From NCBI RefSeq assembly GCF_032062105.1, contig NW_026938421.1:682001-746000 (forward strand): DNA of 64,000 nucleotides, read 5' to 3'. The stretch is from Saccostrea cucullata. Lineage: Eukaryota. Both the position numbers and the translations under genes were made by a program. Of the stretch, positions 50,544 to 61,100 are shown one piece after another. The notes beneath the pieces are model-generated. The model had not been told where the DNA came from. It worked only from the letters and a program-made list of their open reading frames with translations, and searched no databases. Position 1 is the stretch's first letter. Each line of letters starts with the position of its first letter.

Positions 50544-52643
50544 TTTGTATAACACAAGATTTTTTTCTGATACCTACAAATGATGTATTTAGATCTCTTG
50601 ACAGATGTGCCGTTACTAATTGTTTAAGAGCATCTGATGGTATTGATATCACACAATGGTGTAAATGATCATGTGTTATATAGCATCATTTATACACATC
50701 ATGTAAAATCTAAGTCTTGTTTATACTATGTGAAGCTGCAAGTATTTTGCGACAGTAGCTATTCAGAAGTTATGAGTATATTAGAATTTCTAATTACCGG
50801 GGTATAGATGTCAGAATAATAGAGTGCTACAGTATGAAACCTTGTCTGCTATGATGTATGTATTTACAGAGCCAGTTGTAAAGGGCACTCAGAAGTAACG
50901 TGTGATAAAATAAATTTATAATGGGGCAATCATAAATTTATTGTTGGGCACTCAAAGGTTATGTTTAACAAGAAAATCATTACGCTTGTTGATTCACATC
51001 ATTGTTTTTCATAGTGTCTATTGGTAGACACGAATGTGTATAAACATGCTCAGACATCACCACTATCGACGCTTACTGTCCATTTTTCTGTTAATTTAGC
51101 AGAGAAAAAATATAGAATGATGAACATAAATACAAATGTTTGATGCTTTTGTCGGTCAACATTACACAGTAAAAGATTGTATGTTGGAATTTAAATTAAA
51201 TATTTTGATATTAACTCTGACAGCTTGCAATATTTATGCTATATTTTTCTGTACATTGTTGTTAATTGAAATGTCATGAAGAAAACATATGTTACAAATT
51301 TGTAAAGGTATTATTCATGTAGGGGCAGTTTTGGTGAGTTTATAATTTGAAACTTGTTTCTTTCAATAAACTGGTTCACTTCAGATGCAAGTCTTCATAT
51401 TATTTTTTCTGTTAAATACAGTGTACATGTATATCAAAAAAATTTTCCCCATGATATATTCACGTAAACCTGTTTATTTTTTTTTTTTTTTCAAGATTAT
51501 GAAAGGTTTCATAACATGCCGAGTGTATTTGTTAATCAAAGTAATTCTCTTTATAGCCTAATTGTATTTTTACTGTAGCTAATTTTATAGGAAATTATGA
51601 TGAAAAGAAAGGTTTTATGGTGTCTTAATTTGTGATTGAATTATGTAAGTAAAACCTTGTAAGTTAATGTAACTTTTCCCTCCAAAAATATAAAATTAGT
51701 ATGAATAAAAGGTAATTAGGGTAAATTTAATAGGTGTCAGAGTGGGTTTGGGGAATTTATATATGGTTTTATTGGTTTATATATATTTGGTGTGTTTAAT
51801 ATTATTGTTACGTGTATAGTGTTAATAAATTTAAAGTGCTGTTAATTTTATTGTATTTTTCATACGGAATTATAAATAATTTGAAGATAGAAAGGATATT
51901 CAGAGTAATAGAAAAAAAAAATGCAACACAATTTACAGGCTAAACGATTGCAATAAAATAGCCCTTTTTTTTTCTTCAATGAGTATAAACATTATAATTC
52001 ATGTTGTACTTAGATACAGATGCAAATTATACAATTATGGACTTCGTTGTAGGTCGATGTGTGGTTATAAGGACTCATGGCAAGTGATATTGACCTTAGA
52101 CCCAGAAATTGATAGCAACTGAGCCTTCAAGGTAGCTACTGTTCACTGAAGTCCATAAAAGTTATATAATCACTCGAAGTGAATGATCTTTCACAGTCCT
52201 AACTGAAATGACTTCCCGATTATTTTAATTTTCAAAATGGTAAAAACATGCTTCATATATCATGACTTCGTTATATGAGCCAAGTATGTATCGCATCAAG
52301 TATAAAACAATTCAATTTTGGTAACATTTTGTTTAAGGTGAATTCTAACAAGCACATAAACATTCACCTGGTATAAGTTGGCCTGTGTTAGGAAAGTGTG
52401 TCACCGTGTGAAAGCTATTAATCTAATTGGAAGTTCTTAATGCTTTTGTATTTTTTGTTTCGAAATGATACATGTATCTGTAACAATCTGAGAAAAAGAA
52501 TTAGCAAAGTAAACGTAAATAAATTTATTTTACAGCACTTCACATACAATAACATTTGACTCCAAGACATGATAAACAGTGAGTTTCTTTTGTATATAAA
52601 GTGTAACACCCTCCGGTTATTCTGTATCTCAGAGCCAGCTGAT

Positions 52644-55600
52644 TTATTCTGGTTTAGGTCCAGAATCCGGCGTTTTCAGGTTCAGAGAATCGGCTGTTTT
52701 CTCCTCAATAATTGTAGCCAGTTTGGCCTCTGTGTTGGAATCACTCTCTGCAGCTTTATCTGTACAAAGACAAACTTCATTTTACATGGGTCTTTCGATT
52801 GATCCTGGAAAATTAAACTCTTTAAAAAGATATTTTATTTGCTTTCAGAAGTTGGTAGAAATTAAATATTCCACAGAATTTGCATGTGAACTAAGAAATG
52901 AAGGCAGATATCTGATAAGTACAGTGTTTATTTTAAATTATTGCAAGGTGAGATTAATTCGAGTGTAAATTAACATAGATGGAGAGCAATTTCCATATAT
53001 ATGTGTAGCGGGAAAGGAGAGAATGCAGCGGAACAGACCGGGATTCAAACCTGGTGGCCAGATAGCTCAGTTGGTAGAGCACCTGACTGGGGTTTCAGGG
53101 GGCCTGGGTTCAAATCCTGATCTAGTCCGCTGCATTTTTATCCTCTCCCGTTACATTTGGTGCCTTGCAATGCCCTGGAACTGACAGGTGAGAGGCCTGC
53201 CAGGGATGAGCCTGGGCTTTAAGGAGGGAGGAATGTGGCGGTCAGCTGGGTTCGATCACCAGTGGCCAGATAGCTCAGTTGGTACAGCACCTGACCGAAG
53301 TTTCAGGGGTCCTGGGTTCGAATCTCAGTCTGGTCCGCTGCATTTTCTCCTCTCCCCTTACACATGCATGAACGTTTAAATTCTGTATTTCCAACATGCA
53401 TTGAGTGGTACTTTACTTTTTGTAAATCTGCCATTTTAAAGCATAAGAAGTTATAAATTACCTCCATCAGTCTTTTCCTGGTTTTTAGGATCCACAATGG
53501 TGACCTTGACCTCACTGGGTGGTGGGGTAGGCGGTTTTGGTGGCGGATATATCACATTTTTATCAGCAATAATGTCCTTAAAAAATTAATGGTAATTTTT
53601 TTTTAAAAATACCCACAATATTGAAATAACCATCCCTAAAAATACTTAATAATTATAGGGATGCAAAAATATTTATATACTTTTCTTAGTCATGCAATTA
53701 CCAGTATTGCATTAAATTTAAATGATAGTTGGATATTCGAATCATTTTGGAATTTTTTTTCACAAACAATCAATAGGACTGAAAAGCAAATATTAAATAG
53801 GAGATATAGGCTTTTCTTTGGTTAATTCACAGATTACATGAACATATTTATAATTCTAAAACCCCTTGACACAAATGTTGGTGATGTATTGTTTACAGGA
53901 AGCTCGACATATGGACAGTCCACTGCTATATTGTGATTCCTCACCTTAATGGCTGCTTTAATTTTCTCCTTGATGGCATCAGTCTGCTCCAGGTCTTGTA
54001 CAACTGACCAGGAACCTTCAGGATTGATGGTCACAGGGAAGGAGCAGGGCAGGCCTTCAGGGACATCATACCATCCTAAAACACAGGAATATAACATATA
54101 ATCCAGTCATTAGTTTATAAGCTAGCTTTAAGAAACCTCTCTACACTGCACACTAAAGAGTTCTGATTCCAAGGCATTTTTCTGCACTTAGAGTGATCTG
54201 CCCTTAGATCTAAATTCTAAAAAATACATGAATATATATTTACAATGTATTACTCAATTTTCAATTAATTCAAGTATTCTTAATATTTTAAAAGGCCAAG
54301 ACAAATTAACTGAACGTGTTATTCACATGTATTTTCTCTACTGAATTAATTAACAGTGATTTCTATTCACCAATACTGTGTTGTCTTTGAACATTTTTCC
54401 TGGGGGTAAATGCCACACACCATACAGTGAAAATTAGATAAATAAGCTCAATATTAACTCCTTTATTCAATATATTTTTCTCAATGTCCAAAAAAAATTT
54501 TGCACTGGTGTAGAGAGGGTCCTTAACTGACATTCATCAACTTGAATTGAACCCAACGATGTTCTGTTGTTAACAAATACATATCTCTGCTCAATGCTTA
54601 AGATAAGGGGTGATAACTCTGTCCAACAACTTTATTACGCCCCGCAAACGAAGTTTGGGGGGGTATATAGGAATCACCTTGTCCGTCTGTCTGTATGTCC
54701 TTCTGTCTGTGCAATAAGATGCATAAAAGTGTCCGGTCCTTATCTTTCTTACAGAGGGACATTAGAATCTACTACTCCACACTTAGATTGCTCATGACCT
54801 AAGGTGTGTCATGACCTTGACCCAAGGTCATTTGGGGAAGTTCAAGGTCACTTGAAGAAAAATTTCATAATTCGTGTCCAGTCCATATCTTTTTTATTGA
54901 TAAACTTGGTAGGTTTTCATTTCACACAAAGATTGCCCATGACCCAAGGGTGTGTTGTGACCTTTACCCAAGGTCATTTGGGGAAGTTCAAGGTCACTTG
55001 AAGAAAAATTTCATAATTCATGTTTGATACATATCTTTTAAGGATAAACTTGGTAGGTTCTCATTTCACACAAAGATTGCCCATGACCCAAGGGTGTGTC
55101 ATGACCTTGACCCAAGGTCATTTGGGAAAGTTCAAGGTCACTGGAATAAAAATATAATTCATGTCCAGTCCATATCTTTCTTATGGATAAACTTGGTAGG
55201 TTCTCATTTTACACAAAGATTGCCCATGACCCAAGGGTGTGTCATGACCTTGACTCAAGGTCATTTGGAGAAGTTCAAGGTCACTGGTAGTAAAATTTCA
55301 TAATTCGTGTCCGGTCCATATCTTTCTTATGGATAAACTTGGTAGGTTCTCATTTCACACTAAGATTGTCCATAACCCAAGGGTGTGTCATGTTGACCCA
55401 AGGTCATTTGGGGAAGTTCAAGGTCACTGGAATAAAAATTTCATGATTCATGTCCGGTCCATGTCTTTCTTATGGATAAACTTGGTAGGTTCTCATTTCA
55501 CTCAAAGATTGCCCATGACCCAAGGGTGTGTCATGACCTTAACCCAAGGTCATTTGGGGAAGTTGAAGGTCACTGGAAGTAAAATTTCATAATTCGTGTT

Positions 55601-57658
55601 TGGTACATTATAATCTTTATTATGGAAAAACTTACTTCTGAAAAACCCAGCGGGGGGTATTTTGTCCCGTTTGGACAGTTCTAGTTTTCTTTGACAGTGG
55701 AATTCAGTTTTATATTGGGCAAGCTTTGTGCTCATTAATTGCTATTTAGAAAGTAAAAAAGATATAATTATGTGCTTTATTGGACAGAATATTTTAAGCT
55801 TACCTTCTGATGCCACAACAAAGGAAAAGATTTGTCCCTGCGGTGATCCATTCCACCAGTGAGCTAATGTGGTTTCTATAGCAGCCGCTCTGGACATGCT
55901 GGCTGAGTGTCCCATCAACTCCTGACTTTTCTGGTGCCGGTTCTTTACAAGCTCTGTAAAAGCCAGTTATATAATTCCCTTGTACCTATTCCATAACTGT
56001 ATATTATAAAATTCTAATGAACTTTTCAATGTAAAATTCTTTAAAAAATGAATTTACAGAAATTTATATTTTTAAAAAGTGTAATCTCATACCAACAAAC
56101 TCATTTTCCATCCACTTCTTATCCCAGATCATTTCAGCAGCAGGAAGTGAGAAGGAAGGAGGTCCCCAGATGGCGCCATCATAACCATGGACACGACATT
56201 TAGAGATGTCAATGAAGGAATCCCCATTGATGTTTCCCCAAACAATTAGATCCACCACCCCATTGGGATTTATGCTTAGTTTCTCTGCTACCACAGACTT
56301 TGCATTGTTTTCCAGTCTTCGGGAAAGTCCTACTATGTTTTGTTTTGGAATGTTTGGGGCATTTTCGATCATCATGTAAACATTTAAATTAGTTGGCCCA
56401 TTTCCTGTGACTAAGACTTTGACCTCTTTTTTCGCATTATCGTTGATGGCCTTGGCATATTTGACATGGTATTCAACAGACCGTTTAACAAAATCATCTC
56501 TGCTTTCTTTCTCTGATTGAATCAAGTCATTCATCACAACAATTGCATCACATCCTTCAAAAGCCTTGGAAACCTCTGAGGTCACAATTATTTCTCTAAG
56601 AAGTCCATGTGCCAGGTCCATAGCTTCCATTTTAAGTCCTTCTAATGATTCCATGTTAGATTTATCATCTAACAGATGCAAAGAAATCTCTGTTGAGTCA
56701 CCAAAGACATCCCCTCTAGCCATTGCATCAACTAAGTTGTAACATACAGGATTTGAGGCGTTTGTGATACATACATGCAGGGGGTGACTCAGGGCTTTGA
56801 ATGCTTCCTCCTCTTTATCCTCCTCTATTTTGTATGCTTTATTCTCCTCAGAAATCTTTTGCATGTCCTCACTGTTTTGTGTGGATTGAACGCCATAGTA
56901 TCCATTTGCATATTCCTGGAATTCATTGGCACCTCCTATGAGGACCCCCTTTCCTCCTCTATCAATGAGTTCTCGCCACACCAAAGGGGACTTCTTATGT
57001 TCCCATTCTCTCAAACTGCATGTGTCCTTCAGCCAAGTCTTCAATAAATGATAATGAAAACATATTGATACATATTTTGAACATATTTTAAAATATTTTA
57101 TTATGATATGTTATTCAAAATAATTTTTTTTAAAAAGGATCACGAAATACAACTAAAATTTTAAAAGTAAAAAACTACATGTATATAAATTTTTTTTTTA
57201 TCATGACTCTGAATATATGAAACAATTTCTTGCCATGAAGAAACAACTATTAACTGCAGCTAAAATATGTTCAGAATAAAATAAATGAATATCACTCACA
57301 TCCCATTCTTCTGGCTTCACAACTATTTTATGCAGTTGAAAGTCTGGTAGATTCCTTGAAAGTTTGTCGCCTAACAGCTCTGATCTGGCATAATATGGAC
57401 AATTGGATTTTCCTGCACAAAAAATCATCTGATTATAAGTACAAAGAAGATATGATTTGGAAGAAAAAAATATGAATGGGATTGGGCAGTAGACACAATC
57501 CTAATTTAGCATGTTTAGCCCTGTAAATTACATGTGCATCATACATGCTTTGAGAGGTGTTCATGTTTATTACGATTATTCCCATGTAAAAGCTAAATAG
57601 ATGATTTATTCAACATTTTAAGTTAAAAAATCTTACCAGCAATCACGATTTTAGCCAT
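52644..57658 (-). CDS. MDH1B: Putative malate dehydrogenase 1B
   Basis: Exons (-): 57658-57637 (MAKIVIA), 57412-57300 ([14 protein letters not shown]...LPDFQLHKI), 57038-56093 ([28 protein letters not shown]...[11 protein letters not shown]...IVWGNI...GAIWGPP), 55953-55804, 54075-53945, 53576-53462, and a probable last exon 52759-52644. N-terminal motifs are diagnostic of MDH1B; the last exon is less certain. Confidence 0.88.
53004..53362 (+). mobile_element. Second TRIM with tRNA-derived LTRs (Ajax-like), different family
   Basis: LTRs 53004-53155 and 53234-53362 (TG...CA), PBS-like TGGTGCC at 53158, PPT AAGGAGGGAGGAA at 53221-33. Core GGCCAGATAGCTCAGTTGGTA...GGGTTC(A/G)AATC. Flanks TATG and CATG. 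Confidence 0.75.
54632..55686 (+). mobile_element. Second copy of the 146-bp-array HINE element (about 6 units), in an MDH1B intron
   Basis: Same 5' module, core repeat and 3' end as 47918-49108. Confidence 0.85.
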
Positions 57659-58122
57659 GTTTACACAGTTGTCAAGTTTGATCGGATTCCCTTGGGAAAA
57701 ACAGATTCCCTAAGTGGTACAATTAGAGGTGTTCCGATAGTGCAGGCGGTAAATCTAGTACTATTGAAGCCCTCCGAATATTTTTTTCCCGTAAATATTC
57801 TCCATTTCGCTCAACAGATTCGATTAAAATTTTTCGGAAATATTAAGTATATTGAACTTCGTTTATATCCAAAATATTACGAATGATGACATTCATAAAC
57901 TAAGTTGTGCCGTTCAATGAATCGGGAACTTTTTTTGTCATTTTTTAATTATTTTGTAAAAAATGAAATATAGATTTTTTGTTAAATATTTGCATATGCT
58001 GAAAGAAATATTTGACTTCAAACAATACTTTTTAATTAAGAGTTTTTAAATGTCATATTTCAGTGCGCTTTTCTGGGGAAAGAAAAACAGTAAATGGATG
58101 ACATAGATTAATATAAAACAAC

Positions 58123-61100
58123 ATGGAAAAGGAGAAGCATGTGGCAAAAGTTAAAAAATCAGGAAAGGGTTTGGCTTTGGAGCCAGAAAAGCAAGAAGAA
58201 TTTAAAGAGAACTTGAAAAAAATCAAGGCAAATATTGAATAGAATGTGCGAGAGACTGCCCTAGACTTCACGGTTAAAAATTGTCAGATTGTGTGACTAT
58301 CAGCTCCAGCTTATTCCCTTGATAATGATTTAGCATTGGCTTGAAATAGCTAGAGAGCTGAAACAAATACCAAAAATCAATATTCGTTACTGTTATTCGA
58401 TTCGCATGAACATTCCGTAGTTAAATAAAGGTGTTATTACATATACTTGCAAATCCTATTGTTAATTACTATATATCATGGAAAAGGAGAAGCAAAGTCG
58501 TTTGACATGTACAAAAAGTTACGAAAAATCAGGAAAGGGCCCGGCCGGGCAAAAGACATCGGCTTTGGAGCCGGCCCAAATTTAAAGACATTTAAAGAGA
58601 ATGCCGTTATATATGAAAAAAATCAAGGCAAAGGTAATTGAATAGAATGTGCGAGAGACTGCCCGAGAAGATCATGTTTGAAAATGAAACCGGTTAAAAA
58701 TTGAAGAGATTGAGTTTTTAAAATTAAACAGACCAGGACATTGTGCTGGACTATCAGCTCCAGCTTATTAGTGTGACATAATGATTTAGTAAACAAATAC
58801 CTGATTTTTTTTAAACGATTTTTTTTAATTCCATATGGAATTTTTGTGAAAAAATAGCTAGTAGCAGCTGTTAATATTTTTAAACGAATACCAAAAATCA
58901 ATATTCGTTACTGTTATTCGAAATTGCCAGCATTCGGGTGATTTACATCAATTACACTTTTAGTTAAATAAAGGTGTTATTATGCCTTTTTCATATACTT
59001 GCAAATCCTAGGTGTTGTTAATTCAACGAGCACGGGCCGAGGTGTCGTTGGGCCGAGTAGTCGTTTACCTCTACGGACCCGGTTTAACGATAGAATTCGT
59101 TTATATATCGATAAGCATAGTGTAAGAAATAAACGTCTGTTCAAAGTCGTTTGACATGTACAAAGTACACACAGGCACCTGACGTTACTTATTTTTCTTT
59201 TAATAAAAAAAATATACCCTTACCTTATAATAAACCAAGGCTCCCAACGGCGCCATCTTGAATTTTTCAAGGTCTGCCACATCCACTTGTATTTTCGTCT
59301 GAAACTCCGTCAAATAAATTCCCTGCAACCATATTCTTTCTGTGGCCAGTCTTTCGAGGTCTAAACTTACGGACACTGCAGCCAGAAGGGCGCATCACAC
59401 TTGCAAATATTAAAAATCCCTCGTCAAACTCGATCTACTGCTTCAACAATCCGAGAAATCGCCAAAGGGGAAAAAAAATGTCGCCATGCCATTACTTTAT
59501 TGCAATACATAAAATTGTAGATCTCAACACTCCCTGGAATAATTTTAGTGTGGAACCCCCCCCCCCTCTCACACACGTGGGTACATACTTTGAATAAACA
59601 AAGTCAATCTTCTCCACGGATATCGCTCAATCAGGGCATCAATCATGACAGTGTTATTAATTATATCAAGTGCATGTAATTAGGGACTTACAACCGACTC
59701 AATATTTTGTCTCGAAAATGTTCATTGATCAGCTAGCATGATATCAGGCCGATCTTCGACATTTACAAAATATAATCGCTTTGATCAAGCTATATCGAAA
59801 TTATTTTAGAGAGAAATGCAATGAATGTTCTTACATGTATATTACGTTGTATTATTGTCTGAACTGTTTTTGGAATAAGTAGTTTATAACTTTCGCTGGT
59901 TATTTTTAAAAATAAATCAAACAAATATATTGACCAATCAAAAAAGGGCTTTCCTTAAGAATTTCAAGTCATATGTAAACTTCCGGCCCCCCTTTGGCGA
60001 TTTCTCGGATTGTTGAAGCAGTAGATCGAGTTTGACGAGGGATTTTTAATATTTGCAAGTGTGATGCGCCCTTCTGGCTGCAGTGTCTGTAAGTTTAGAC
60101 CTCGAAAGACTGGCCACAGAAAGAATATGGTTGCAGGGAATTTATTTGACGGAGTTTCAGACGAAAATACAAGTGGATGTGGCAGACCTTGAAAAATTCA
60201 AGGTGGCGCCGTTGGGAGCCTTGGTTTATTTTAAGGTAAGGGTATATTTTTTTTATTAAAAGAAAAATAAGTAACGTCAGGTGCCTGTGAAAGTACATTA
60301 AGACTTGCTTTTACTTTCAACAAATAACTAAATTAGAAAAAGAATCTTTATCAACAATCATAAGCCTCTTTACTTCTTAAAATTAGTTCAATGTCTTGCA
60401 TTCTGATTATGTAAAACGCTCAGTCACCAAACCAGCAGGTGCACGCCATGTTTTACTGTTATATTTAAAATAAACGAAAAACGGTCCGTTTCCAGAAATG
60501 TCCTGTAAATTTATTTAGACTATATTAAAATTTAAAATATTACATTCTCAAAAAAGTATAATGTAATGTATATTTTTTCACAAATGATTTCTGCAATTAT
60601 TTATAAATCGGAACAATCGATACTATTTGTTAATCTGGAATAATTTTCTCCGCACAATATAAATCTTTCATTATTTTCGATAGTAAAAATCATGGCGGTC
60701 TAGATCGGAGATACATGAGGCTGATGAATGTTTGTCTTGAAGATGATTAAATAGATTTGACATCATGCCTTTATCAGGCCAGTAGTACCATGTGGACAAA
60801 TATTTTCATTTGCGAATGTTTGAATGTTTGAACATCCGTTTCAGCTCTACTATCTAGCTTATTAAGCAATTCAGATAGCTTGAAAAAATTAAATGCAGTT
60901 TTTCACAAAACTGTTTTATTGTAAAAAAAAAAAAAAAAAAGAAAAAAAAAGGAAAAAAAAAATTGCTATCAAAAAAGCAACCCAAATTAAAGATAGATTA
61001 AGTACATTTATATATGCCATATAAATTATCAGCACTTAAGACTTAAAAAAATGATTTATTAGTCATCAAGGTTCAAACAAGGTTGCACAGAAATTCACCC

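Noticed and set aside
52782-52804. Alternative MDH1B last-exon acceptor at 52804 (gives GSIERPM*)
   Set aside because: Possible, but the acceptor at 52759 gives a longer, compositionally consistent tail. This cannot be resolved without RNA data.
34104-53362. Four tRNA-like sequences (34.1, 34.4, 53.05 and 53.26 kb) as genuine tRNA genes
   Set aside because: Acceptor and anticodon stems are imperfect and differ between paired copies, and they lie inside LTR-like repeats with a PBS and PPT.
48077-55592. Repeated ORFs [11 protein letters not shown]... and [15 protein letters not shown]...
   Set aside because: They are chance translations of the 146-bp satellite unit.
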